From Magnetospirillum sp. (GTDB taxonomy: Bacteria; Pseudomonadota; Alphaproteobacteria; Rhodospirillales; Magnetospirillaceae), in assembly GCA_041915545.1 (NCBI GenBank), contig JAYSBF010000013.1, positions 13,390-77,389 of the forward strand: 64,000 bases of DNA. Reading direction: 5' to 3'. Positions 20,975 through 30,079 of the stretch are shown here, piece by piece. The notes under the pieces are model-generated. The model was not told the origin of the DNA. It searched no databases and saw only the letters and a list, made by a program, of their open reading frames with translations. Positions within the stretch are counted from its first letter, which is position 1. Every line of letters begins with the position of its first letter. The translations under genes were made by a program, and so were the position numbers.

Positions 20975-21362
20975 GGACGATCTCGGTCATGAGAGAGGCA
21001 CAAATTCATACTAGGTTTGAGGTAAGGATAAAAGTGGTTGAGGTTTGTGGGTGCCTGTGGATAACGGGGATTGGACTTTGTCCCGATTCCATCCACAGGG
21101 CTATCCAGAGTCAGGGTTTTTGGTGGAACAGTCTGTGGAAAACTTGGTGGATTCCCATGAAATCCGGGCTGTTTGGCGTCTTGTTGGTTTTTGGGAAAGC
21201 GGATGCCTGAAGGGATGATTCACGCTATTGTCGATGTGCTTGGTGATTCCATACCCAGCCGGGTGAATCACCGGGTAAGATCAGGGTCAACGGGGGGTGA
21301 TTTTTGCCTTTTCCCGTCGACCCCCTGGTTATCCCCAGTTTTAGACAGTGATCCACAGCCCC
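20975..21362. other. Probable chromosomal replication origin (oriC)
   Basis: Divergent hemE/ppsR intergenic gap; DnaA boxes TGTGGATAA (21056-21064), TGTGGAAAA (21134-21142), TTATCCCCA (21329-21337), TGATCCACA (21349-21357); six GANTC sites; strand-composition flip. Confidence 0.85.
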
Positions 21363-22214
21363 ATGCGTAGCTTTCATCTTCATCTGGTTTCCGATGCCAC
21401 GGGCGAAACCATCACGTCGGTCACCCGCGCCTGTATGGTGCAATTCGAAGGCGTTCAGGCCATCCAGCACAATTGGTGGCTGGTGCGTGGACAAGGTCAG
21501 GTCGAACGGGTGATCACTGGGATCGAAGCCAATCCCGGCATTGTTCTGTTCACCTTGGTTGATACCGGCGTACGTGGTTTGCTGGAGGAAGCCTGCCGTC
21601 GGCTGCATGTTCCTTGCATTCCGTTGTTGGACCCGGTGATGGGGGCTTTGGCCAGCTATCTGGGGGTGGAAATGCATGCCACGCCGGGGCGGCAATATCA
21701 GTTGGATGCCGAATATTTTGCCCGCATTGATGCCATGCAATTCACGCTGGCCCATGATGACGGGCAATTATTGGAAGACGCGGATAATGCCGACATCATC
21801 GTGGTGGGGGTGTCGCGGACATCCAAGACCCCGACCTGCATGTATCTGGCCAATCGCGGCTATAAATGCGCCAATTATCCCTTGGTGCCCCATGTCCCGC
21901 TGCCGACCGAATTGGAAAATGTCCGCAGGCCCCTGGTGGTCGGGCTGACCAAGGACCCGAAAAGCCTGTCGGATATCCGGCGTGCTCGTCTGCGTTTCCT
22001 CAATCATGACGAGGAATCGGATTACGCTCAGTTTGAAAAAGTCCGTGACGAAGTATCATTGGCCCGTCGTCTGTTTGCTCGGCATGGCTGGCCCGTAGTG
22101 GATGTTACCCGCCGTTCCATCGAAGAGGCATCGGCCACCATCATTCAGCTTCATGGCCAACATGTTGCCAAGCTGGAAGGGGCAAAGGCCGACGCCAACC
22201 GCCAGGAAGGATAA
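21363..22214 (+). CDS. ppsR: PEP synthase / pyruvate phosphate dikinase regulatory kinase-pyrophosphorylase (DUF299)
   Basis: HLVSDATGET, HDDG, GVSRTSKTP, SIEE. Confidence 0.92.
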   Translation: MRSFHLHLVSDATGETITSVTRACMVQFEGVQAIQHNWWLVRGQGQVERVITGIEANPGIVLFTLVDTGVRGLLEEACRRLHVPCIPLLDPVMGALASYLGVEMHATPGRQYQLDAEYFARIDAMQFTLAHDDGQLLEDADNADIIVVGVSRTSKTPTCMYLANRGYKCANYPLVPHVPLPTELENVRRPLVVGLTKDPKSLSDIRRARLRFLNHDEESDYAQFEKVRDEVSLARRLFARHGWPVVDVTRRSIEEASATIIQLHGQHVAKLEGAKADANRQEG

Positions 22215-22218
22215 GTCC

Positions 22219-22809
22219 ATGATTGTTTTGGCATCAGGGTCGGCGGCCCGTCAGGGCATGTTGCGTCAGGCCGGGGTAAGTTTTGACGTGCATGTGGCTC
22301 CCGTGGACGAAGACGGCATCAAAAGCGCTTTGCGTCAGGAAGGCGCGGATGCCAGCCAGACAGCGGAAACCCTGGCCGAGGTCAAGGCCCTGCGGGTCAG
22401 CCTGAATTATCCGGGGCGGATCGTTATTGGCGCTGATCAGATGTTGGATTGTCAGGGCCAATGGTTTGATAAACCCGCGAATTTGGCCGCCGCCGCTGGC
22501 CAGTTGAAAAGTTTGCGCGGGCAAACCCATCATTTGCACAGTGCGGTGGTGGCGGTGCGGGATGGCCAAAGATTGTGGCACTACCGCGATCGGGCCACTT
22601 TGACCATGCGGAATTTTTCCGACGATTTTCTAGCCACCTATCTGGATCGCGCCGGTGATGCCGTGCTGTCATCGGTTGGGGCTTATCAGGTGGAAGGATT
22701 GGGGGCCCAGCTTTTCGCCGCCTGGATCGGTGATCATTTCACCATCCTGGGTATGCCGTTGCTGCCGCTTTTGGATTTCTTGCGCGAGAATGGAGAATTG
22801 TCCCAATGA
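22219..22809 (+). CDS. maf: Maf-family nucleoside triphosphate pyrophosphatase
   Basis: LASGSAAR, IGADQ, KP, GAYQVEG, GMP. Confidence 0.93.
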   Translation: MIVLASGSAARQGMLRQAGVSFDVHVAPVDEDGIKSALRQEGADASQTAETLAEVKALRVSLNYPGRIVIGADQMLDCQGQWFDKPANLAAAAGQLKSLRGQTHHLHSAVVAVRDGQRLWHYRDRATLTMRNFSDDFLATYLDRAGDAVLSSVGAYQVEGLGAQLFAAWIGDHFTILGMPLLPLLDFLRENGELSQ

Positions 22810-23645
22810 CCATTTCCGGTAAGGCACGGTTGGCCGGTGTTATCGGCTGGCCGGTCGGGCATTCCCGTTCCCCCCGGCTGCATGGGTTCTGGCTGGATCA
22901 ATTGGGAATTGACGGTGCTTATGTGCCCCTGGCGGTGCGTCCCGAGGATTTGGAGCATGTTTTGACCGCCCTGCCCCGCATGGGATTTTCCGGGGTCAAT
23001 CTGACCGTGCCGCACAAGGAAGCCGCTTTGCGTGTGGTGGATGATGTGGACCCGGTGGCCCGGCGGATTGGTGCCGTGAATACGGTGATCGTGCGTCCCG
23101 ATGGGACATTGTTGGGCCAGAATACCGATGCATTCGGTTTTTTGGAAAATCTGCGCCGGGGTGCCAGCCAATGGCAGCCGGTCCAAGGCCCTGCCGTGGT
23201 TCTGGGGGCGGGAGGGGCCGCCCGGGCTGTCTGTGCCGCCCTGGTGGATGCCGGGGTTCCTGAAATCCGGCTGGTCAACCGGTCGGTGGAACGGGCGGCG
23301 CAATTGGCCATGGATGTGGGCGGTCCCATCCGGGTGCTGGGCTGGGATCAGGTTGGCTATGCCCAGCACGAAGCCGCCTTGCTGGTGAACACCACGACCT
23401 TGGGAATGACCGGACAGCCGGGTCTGGATTTGGATTTGTCGCCTTTGCCAACCCAGGCAGTGGTGAATGACATTGTCTACGCCCCGCTGGAAACCGTCCT
23501 GTTGGCCGCCGCCAAAGCCCGTGGCAACCAAGTGGTGGATGGGTTGGGAATGTTGTTGTGGCAAGGCGTACCGGGATTTGCCGCCTGGTTCGGCATCCGT
23601 CCCGACGTCACGGATGATCTGCGTCAATTCGTTTTGGCGGGCTGA
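22806..23645 (+). CDS. aroE: Shikimate dehydrogenase
   Basis: HSRSPRLH, NLTVPHK, GAVNT, NTD, GAGGAA. Confidence 0.96.
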   Translation: MTISGKARLAGVIGWPVGHSRSPRLHGFWLDQLGIDGAYVPLAVRPEDLEHVLTALPRMGFSGVNLTVPHKEAALRVVDDVDPVARRIGAVNTVIVRPDGTLLGQNTDAFGFLENLRRGASQWQPVQGPAVVLGAGGAARAVCAALVDAGVPEIRLVNRSVERAAQLAMDVGGPIRVLGWDQVGYAQHEAALLVNTTTLGMTGQPGLDLDLSPLPTQAVVNDIVYAPLETVLLAAAKARGNQVVDGLGMLLWQGVPGFAAWFGIRPDVTDDLRQFVLAG

Positions 23646-24305
23646 GTGATGAAAATTCTGGGCCTGACGGGGTCCATCGGCATGGGGAAAAGCACAGCCT
23701 CCGCCATGGTGCGGCGGCTTGGCGTGCCCGTTCATGATGCCGATGCCACGGTTCATCGGCTGATGGCAGTCAGGGGGCGGGCAGTTCCTGCCATCGCGGC
23801 GGCCTTTCCCGGCGTGGTTCGGGATGGGGCGGTGAACCGCCGGGCCTTGGGGGCGGTGGTCTTCGCTGATCCCAAGGCTCTGCGTCGGCTCGAAGCCATT
23901 TTGCATCCATTGGTGCACCAGGATGAACAGGTGTTTTTACGCCGTTGTGCCCGGCGCCGAAGTGGCATCGTTGCCTTGGACGTTCCTTTGTTGTTGGAAA
24001 CCGGCGGGCAAAAACGCTGTGACCGGGTGGCGGTGGTGTCGTGCCCCGCCTTTTTACAGAAACAGCGGGTCTTGGCCAGACCGGGCATGACATCCCAGCG
24101 TCTGGCGGCGATTTTGTCCCAACAAATGCCGGATCAGGTAAAGCGGCGTTTGGCCCATGGAATTATCCCCACTGGCTGTGGCCGTGGGGTCACCTTGCGT
24201 CACTTGCAGCGGTTATTGAAAGATTTGGCGTCGGAACCGGCCCGGCTGTGGCCGCCTTGTCCACGCCCCCGTTATTCCGGTTCATCAGGATATACCCATG
24301 CGTGA
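23646..24305 (+). CDS. coaE: Dephospho-CoA kinase
   Basis: GLTGSIGMGKST, DADA, LEAILHP, DVPLLLE. Confidence 0.95.
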   Translation: MMKILGLTGSIGMGKSTASAMVRRLGVPVHDADATVHRLMAVRGRAVPAIAAAFPGVVRDGAVNRRALGAVVFADPKALRRLEAILHPLVHQDEQVFLRRCARRRSGIVALDVPLLLETGGQKRCDRVAVVSCPAFLQKQRVLARPGMTSQRLAAILSQQMPDQVKRRLAHGIIPTGCGRGVTLRHLQRLLKDLASEPARLWPPCPRPRYSGSSGYTHA

Positions 24306-25011
24306 GATCGTGCTTGATACCGAAACCACCGGCTTTGATCCCCATGCCGGTCATCGGATCGTTGAGATCGGGTGTGTGGAGTTGATTAATCATCTGCCCA
24401 CGGGCGAGGTGTACCATCAATACGTCAACCCGGAACGGGACATGCCGGAAGAGGCATTCCGCGTCCATGGGTTATCCAACGAATTTTTGGCGGATAAGCC
24501 TGTTTTTGCCGAAATTGTCGGCGATTTCATGAGCTTTCTGGGGGATGCCCGGCTGGTCATCCACAATGCCGAATTCGATATGCGGTTCATCAACGCTGAA
24601 ATCGGTAAATTGGGTTTTCCCGCCCTTCCCATGAGCCGGTCGCTGGATACCGTGGCCATGGCCCGCAAAAAATTTCCCGGCGCCCAGGCCAGTCTGGATG
24701 CTCTATGCCGTCGCTTTGACATTGATAACAGCAATCGCACTTTTCACGGTGCCTTGCTGGATGCTCAATTGCTGGCGGACGTGTATCTGGAACTGATCGG
24801 CGGGCGGCAGCCAGGATTTGAATTGGGGGCCACGGCCAATAAAGGAATACAGCAAGAACAAAGTGGTCAGGCCGCGCGGGCGGCGGAACGGACGCACCGT
24901 CCCGCGCGTCTTCATCAACCCGGCCCCGATGAATTGGCTGCACATCAGGCGTTCTTGGAAAAGAAAATCAAGAATGCCCTGTGGCTGAAGGATGATGTTC
25001 AGCCATCCTGA
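24298..25011 (+). CDS. dnaQ: DNA polymerase III epsilon subunit
   Basis: LDTETTG, HNAEFD, HGALLDA. Confidence 0.97.
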   Translation: MREIVLDTETTGFDPHAGHRIVEIGCVELINHLPTGEVYHQYVNPERDMPEEAFRVHGLSNEFLADKPVFAEIVGDFMSFLGDARLVIHNAEFDMRFINAEIGKLGFPALPMSRSLDTVAMARKKFPGAQASLDALCRRFDIDNSNRTFHGALLDAQLLADVYLELIGGRQPGFELGATANKGIQQEQSGQAARAAERTHRPARLHQPGPDELAAHQAFLEKKIKNALWLKDDVQPS

Positions 25012-25119
25012 TGCTTATTTTTCGTGCTCCAAAATCCCGGCGAATGGATTTCATCAGGATTTGGTTGAGCGCAATGGCGACATACCGGTTCCGCAAGTCG
25101 GAAATTCATGGAACCGGTA

Positions 25120-25962
25120 TCAACTGGCTTCAGGAACCAGCCAATCCAGACGGGCTTTCCCGTCGGCTTCGGCCAGGACCTGGGCCAGCCACGGAAGCAA
25201 TCGCCCCAAAGCCTCATCCAGTTTCCATGGTGGATTGATCAGAACCAGACCGCAACCATTCAACCGCCCACTGTCGGTGTCGGGGCGGCACAGCAATTCG
25301 GCCACTAAAGTCTTGGGTAATCCCAGCATGGTCAGGTCGGCATGAAACCGGTCGATGGGCGGGCGGTCCTTGATGGGATACCACAGGGCATAAAAGCCGG
25401 TGGGCCAGCGCTTCATTGCCTGACGCAAGCCCTTGACCATGGTTTGGAATTCGTCGCGCTGTTCAAAGGGCGGGTCGATCAACACCAGCCCTCGCCGTTC
25501 CGGCGGCGGCAATAATCCTTTCAGCGCGTCATATCCGTTGCGGTGATGCACTCCCACCCGCTGGTCGGGGGCAAACAGCCGCTTCAGGCTGGCGGCGTCG
25601 TCGGGGTGCAATTCGCATAGGGCCAGCCGGTCCTGGGGGCGCGACAGGCTGGCGGCGATCCAAGGCGATCCGGGATAATAGCGGATGCCGCCTTGGGGAT
25701 TAAGCCTGGTCACTACCGTCAGCAAGGGGGCGATTTCCGCCGGGGCATCGGCGCGTCCGATGATGCGGCCAATACCATCACGCCATTCCCCGGTCTTTTC
25801 CGCCTGGACGGAAGACAGGTCATAGCAGCCGGTGCCTGCATGGGTGTCCACATAGGCGAAAGCGGCATCCTTGCGCTTCAGGCTGTCAATGATCAACGCC
25901 AGGATGGCGTGCTTTTGAACGTCGGCGAAATTGCCGGCGTGATAGGTGTGTCGGTAATTCAT
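25120..25962 (-). CDS. rlmJ: 23S rRNA m6A2030 methyltransferase RlmJ
   Basis: MNYRHTYHAGNFAD, YPGSP, LIDPPFE, WYPIK, INPPW. Confidence 0.96.
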   Translation of the reverse strand: MNYRHTYHAGNFADVQKHAILALIIDSLKRKDAAFAYVDTHAGTGCYDLSSVQAEKTGEWRDGIGRIIGRADAPAEIAPLLTVVTRLNPQGGIRYYPGSPWIAASLSRPQDRLALCELHPDDAASLKRLFAPDQRVGVHHRNGYDALKGLLPPPERRGLVLIDPPFEQRDEFQTMVKGLRQAMKRWPTGFYALWYPIKDRPPIDRFHADLTMLGLPKTLVAELLCRPDTDSGRLNGCGLVLINPPWKLDEALGRLLPWLAQVLAEADGKARLDWLVPEAS

Positions 25963-26200
25963 GCAGCGGGTTTTGGGGCAATTTCATGGGGAATGCAAGC
26001 AATGGTCTAACCAAAAAAAGACAAGTAACAGCCACATCATCCGAAAGGGTGGGTTTTCCCTGCTCTCCTGTGCGCAATTAATACTTTGAAAACATTTCAT
26101 TATAGGAAAGTGTTGATTCATGTTGGTTAGTATAGATAGGTTAAAGAAATAGCAGCCATCGCCGGGGGGCGGTGGCATTGGCTTCAGCGGAGAAACGGCG

Positions 26201-26725
26201 ATGGCGGCACGGTCCAGGGTACTGACCGGCGTGGAACGCACGTTCAGTACCGACGAGATCATCGTCAGTAAGACCGATCCCACCGGGCGGATCATCTATG
26301 CCAACGAAATATTCCTGCAAATGGCCGATTATTCGGAAGCAGAAATTTTGGGCCAGCCGCATAGCGTCATTCGCCACCCGGACATGCCGCGGGCGGTCTT
26401 CAAGCTGCTGTGGGATACGATTTCCGCCGGGCGGGAATGTTTCGCCTATGTGGTCAACCGGTCCAAGCATGGGGATCATTATTGGGTGCTGGCCCATATC
26501 ACGCCCACCTTCGATTCCACGGGCAAGATCGTCAGCTATCATTCCAACCGGCGCAGCCCTGGCCGCGGATCGGTGGAAAAGGTGTCTGCCCTTTATAAAG
26601 AGTTGCTGGCAATCGAAAATGCCCATGACGACCGCAAGGTCGGCATGATGGCGGCTTATGCCGAATTGGAACGCCGTCTTGCCGCCTTGGGGGTGCCATA
26701 CGATGAATTCGTCTTCGCTCTCTAA
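26201..26725 (+). CDS. Stand-alone Aer-type (FAD-binding) PAS sensor protein
   Basis: IVSKTD..G.I.YAN, GQPH...RHPDMPR.VF..LW, N..K.GDHYWV. Confidence 0.88.
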   Translation: MAARSRVLTGVERTFSTDEIIVSKTDPTGRIIYANEIFLQMADYSEAEILGQPHSVIRHPDMPRAVFKLLWDTISAGRECFAYVVNRSKHGDHYWVLAHITPTFDSTGKIVSYHSNRRSPGRGSVEKVSALYKELLAIENAHDDRKVGMMAAYAELERRLAALGVPYDEFVFAL

Positions 26726-28013
26726 GGCGCTGGCCGGGGCGATTCTGGCCGGTCTGGCCGGAGCCGTGACCGTGATCGTCGGCCTGGCTCAGGCCGGATT
26801 GCCTGCGGCCATTGGCGGGGCCGTGACCCTGATGGGCGCGGTGATGAGCGTGCTGTTCCTGCAAAAAGGCATGCAGTGTGTCAACCGGGCCAATGCCGTG
26901 CTGGGGCAGGCGGCGCAGGGGCGGTTGGACGTGCGGGTGATCGGCATCCGCGAACACGGCGTGCTGGGGAATTTGGATCACAGCATCAACCGATTGCTGG
27001 ATTTGACCGAAGCCTTCACCAAAGAAGCCGATGCCGCCATGGTGAAAACGGCCGAGGGCCGGTATTTCCGCCATATCCTGACCCAGGGCATGGTGGGGGA
27101 ATTCGCCGATCATGCCCAGTTGATCAATCGGGCGCTGGAGGGGATGGAACGCAAGGCCGGTGAATTCGTGGCCGAGGCCACCGGAGTCGGCAACACCATC
27201 CGCCATCTCAGCCAGGCCGTGGCCGCCACCGCCACCGAATTGGAAGCCACCGCCCAGCAGATGAGTTCCATTGCCCAACACACCAGCGAGCGATCGGCCA
27301 CCGTGGCCCAAGCCGCGTCCGATGCGTCGCATCAGGTGGAGGGGGTGGCCGCCGCCGCCGATCAGGTATCCGCGGGCATCAGCGACGTGGCCCAGCGTAT
27401 TCACGAATCCGCCGACATGGCGCAAAAAACCGTACAGGTGGCCGATGATACCGATGCAGCCATCGGTCAATTGCGTGCCGCCGCCAACAAAATCGGCGAA
27501 GTGGTGCAGTTGATCACCGACATCGCCAGCCAGACCAATTTGCTGGCCCTGAACGCCACCATCGAAGCCGCCCGTGCGGGTGAAGCCGGCAAAGGCTTTG
27601 CCGTGGTGGCCAATGAAGTGAAATCCCTGGCCAATCAGACGGCACGGGCGACCGAGGATATTACCAGCCAGATCCAGGCCATGCGTGAAGCCACGGATCA
27701 TGCGGTCCGGGCGGTTCATGCCATTTCCAGTATGATCGGCGATATCAATAATCATGCGGCCGGTATCGCGGTGACCACCCAACAGCAATCGGCGGCGGTA
27801 TCCGAAATCTGTCGGTCCATCCGCGATGTGGCCGAAAACGTGCAGACCGTGGCCGGAACCATTGCCGAAGTGTCCGACGTGGCCGGGACCGCCACCGATG
27901 CTGCCCAGCAGGTTCTGGTGGCGGCTGGGGATTTGGCCAGCCGGACCGTGGGCATGAATGATGATATCGACGCCTTCATCGCCCGCGTCTGCTCTGGCAT
28001 CCGCAATCAGTGA
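26703..28013 (+). CDS. Methyl-accepting chemotaxis protein (TM hairpin, HAMP, signalling domain)
   Basis: [34 protein letters not shown]; two adjacent N-terminal TM helices. Confidence 0.93.
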   Translation: MNSSSLSKALAGAILAGLAGAVTVIVGLAQAGLPAAIGGAVTLMGAVMSVLFLQKGMQCVNRANAVLGQAAQGRLDVRVIGIREHGVLGNLDHSINRLLDLTEAFTKEADAAMVKTAEGRYFRHILTQGMVGEFADHAQLINRALEGMERKAGEFVAEATGVGNTIRHLSQAVAATATELEATAQQMSSIAQHTSERSATVAQAASDASHQVEGVAAAADQVSAGISDVAQRIHESADMAQKTVQVADDTDAAIGQLRAAANKIGEVVQLITDIASQTNLLALNATIEAARAGEAGKGFAVVANEVKSLANQTARATEDITSQIQAMREATDHAVRAVHAISSMIGDINNHAAGIAVTTQQQSAAVSEICRSIRDVAENVQTVAGTIAEVSDVAGTATDAAQQVLVAAGDLASRTVGMNDDIDAFIARVCSGIRNQ

Positions 28014-28115
28014 TCCCCGGTTCCGCCATTGGGGGGCCGCAAACAAAACCCCTCAGCGATTTATGGTGTACTTTCCAGTCAGCTTGGGGTAAGTCTCCAC
28101 GCTGACGGAGGAACC

Positions 28116-28223
28116 ATGTCAGCATCCTTGCTTGATATCGACATGATCGCGGTCCCGGCTTTGGCCAGGGCGGTGCAGTTCGTCGTCACCACCAAAACCG
28201 GCAAGAAGACCACCACTGCCTGA
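28116..28223 (+). CDS. Putative 35-aa attenuator leader peptide of asd (Thr/Lys-rich)
   Basis: GGAGG RBS at 28107-28111; MSASLLDIDMIAVPALARAVQFVVTTKTGKKTTTA; 9 of codons 25-34 are Thr or Lys. Confidence 0.7.
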   Translation: MSASLLDIDMIAVPALARAVQFVVTTKTGKKTTTA

Positions 28224-28249
28224 CAGGCGGGCCGGATCGTCATGTGTGT

Positions 28250-28290
28250 ACGAAAAGGCCCGCGAACCAGGATCGCGGGCCTTTTCGTTT
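28250..28290 (+). terminator. Intrinsic terminator/attenuator hairpin 70 nt upstream of asd
   Basis: ACGAAAAGGCCCGCGA-accagga-TCGCGGGCCTTTTCGT, perfect 16-bp; U-rich 3' side TTTTCGTTT. Confidence 0.88.
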
Positions 28291-28359
28291 GGGATGTTGA
28301 ATGGGTTGAGTTTCTCGTCTGGGGCGTAAGACACCCTCCAGCCAACGGAGAGAGGGATC

Positions 28360-29379
28360 ATGGGTTATAAGGTTGCTGTCATCGGTGCCACCGGCAATGT
28401 GGGCCGCGAAATTCTGCAAATTCTGGCTGAACGGGAATTTCCGGTGGACGACGTGGTCGCCCTGGCATCCGAACGGTCGGTCGGCAAGGAAATTTCCTTT
28501 GGCGAAGATCAGGTTTTGAAAGTGCAAAACCTGGCGACCTTCGATTTCAAGGGGTGGGATATCGCCTTGTCCTCGCCGGGCGCCAAGGTGTCGGCGGTGC
28601 ATTCCCCTCGTGCAGCGGCGGCCGGATGCGTGGTCATCGACAACACGTCGCATTTCCGTATGGACCCCGATGTGCCGCTGGTGGTGCCGGAAGTGAACCC
28701 GGACGCCATCGCCCAGTACACCAAGAAGGGCATTATCGCCAATCCCAATTGCTCGACCATTCAGATGGTGGTGGCGTTGAAGCCCCTGCACGAATTGGCG
28801 ACCATCAAGCGGGTGGTGGTGGCCACCTACCAATCGGTGTCGGGTGCTGGCAAGGAAGCCATGGACGAGCTGTTCAATCAGACCCGTGGCGTGTTCGTCA
28901 ATCAGGACCGGGTGCCGGAACTGTTCCCCAAGCCCATCGCCTTCAATCTGATTCCGCAGATCGACACCTTCATGGATGACGGATCGACCAAGGAAGAATG
29001 GAAGATGGTGGTGGAAACCAAGAAGATCCTGGACCCCAAGATCGCCGTTCATGCCACCTGCGTCCGTGTGCCGGTATTCGTCAGCCATTCCGAATCGGTG
29101 AATGTGGAATTCGAAAAGCCGATTTCGGCGGATGCCGCCCTGGCCGCTTTGTCCCGTGCCCCCGGCGTGACCGTGTTGGACAAGCGGGAACCCGGCGGTT
29201 ATGCCACCCCGGTGGAAGTCACCGGCGAAGATGACGTGTTCATTAGCCGCCTGCGGGAAGATCCCACCGTGGAAAACGGCTTGGCCTTCTGGTGCGTGGG
29301 CGACAATCTGCGCAAGGGCGCAGCCCTGAACGCGGTGCAGATCGCCGAAGTGCTGGTGCGCGATTATCTGAAGAAGTAG
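28360..29379 (+). CDS. asd: Aspartate-semialdehyde dehydrogenase
   Basis: GATGNVG, IDNTSHFRM, ANPNCST, QSVSGAG, DNLRKGAALNAVQIAE. Confidence 0.98.
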   Translation: MGYKVAVIGATGNVGREILQILAEREFPVDDVVALASERSVGKEISFGEDQVLKVQNLATFDFKGWDIALSSPGAKVSAVHSPRAAAAGCVVIDNTSHFRMDPDVPLVVPEVNPDAIAQYTKKGIIANPNCSTIQMVVALKPLHELATIKRVVVATYQSVSGAGKEAMDELFNQTRGVFVNQDRVPELFPKPIAFNLIPQIDTFMDDGSTKEEWKMVVETKKILDPKIAVHATCVRVPVFVSHSESVNVEFEKPISADAALAALSRAPGVTVLDKREPGGYATPVEVTGEDDVFISRLREDPTVENGLAFWCVGDNLRKGAALNAVQIAEVLVRDYLKK

Positions 29380-29395
29380 GGCGTTTTTTTGATCA

Positions 29396-29435
29396 CCGGA
29401 TCATCGGACGTCAGAGATGACGCCCGATGATCCGG
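29396..29435. repeat. Long palindromic element (family A, copy 1)
   Basis: CCGGATCATCGG-a-CGTCA-gaga-TGACG-c-CCGATGATCCGG; related to 63607-63642. Confidence 0.75.
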
Positions 29436-29470
29436 GATTGCCATGTCCCTCAGCGGTGCTATGGCCGCCC

Positions 29471-29503
29471 AAAAAAACCCGTGGCGCCGGGCGCCACGGG
29501 TTT
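29471..29503 (-). terminator. Intrinsic terminator of trxA
   Basis: AAACCCGTGGCGC-cgg-GCGCCACGGGTTT; T-run follows on the minus strand. Confidence 0.85.
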
Positions 29504-29528
29504 CTGATCCGGGTGATGTGGCCTTTGG

Positions 29529-29849
29529 TTACAGGCTTTGTTCCACCCATTCATACAGCTTGCCCTTGGGCAGGGCGCCAATCTTGGTGGCGGCCACCTG
29601 ACCATCCTTGAAGATCATCAGGGTCGGGATGCTGCGCACGCCGTATTTGCCGGGAGTGCCGGGATTTTCGTCGATATTGATCTTGGCCACGGTGACCTTG
29701 GCCCCCAGATCCTTGGACAGTTCTTCCAGCGCCGGGGCGATCTGGCGGCAGGGGCCGCACCATTCAGCCCAAAAATCCACCAAAACCGGGCCGCCGGCCT
29801 TCAATACCTCGGCTTCGAACGTGTCGTCGGTGATATTCTTCATCGCCAT
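29529..29849 (-). CDS. trxA: Thioredoxin
   Basis: [21 protein letters not shown]. Confidence 0.96.
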   Translation of the reverse strand: MAMKNITDDTFEAEVLKAGGPVLVDFWAEWCGPCRQIAPALEELSKDLGAKVTVAKINIDENPGTPGKYGVRSIPTLMIFKDGQVAATKIGALPKGKLYEWVEQSL

Positions 29850-30079
29850 ATCCTTGTTGTCAGGCCAGGGGGAACCGTTGCCACGGCCGTTGCGTTCTGC
29901 TGGCGCCCACTCTAGGAAGGACGGTCCCAGGCGTCAAGGCGGGGACCGGACCTCCTTGGAGCATATGGGGGAGCTTTTACTGATTGCGAGTTAAAAAACA
30001 GCGGACGCGCCTTGTGCCAACAGATGTTTATTCCCGCGCGCGCCCCAGCCATAATGCCGCCCCCTGACAGGAGACAGTC

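Noticed and set aside
21000-21055. DnaA-trio repeats next to the perfect DnaA box
   Set aside because: The period-3 pattern on the relevant strand is too irregular to call
25990-26150. CtrA, FNR or sigma28 sites in the AT-rich region upstream of the PAS gene
   Set aside because: Only half-sites or matches with two or more mismatches; TGAAA-N3-TTTCA (26087-26099) is too short to assign
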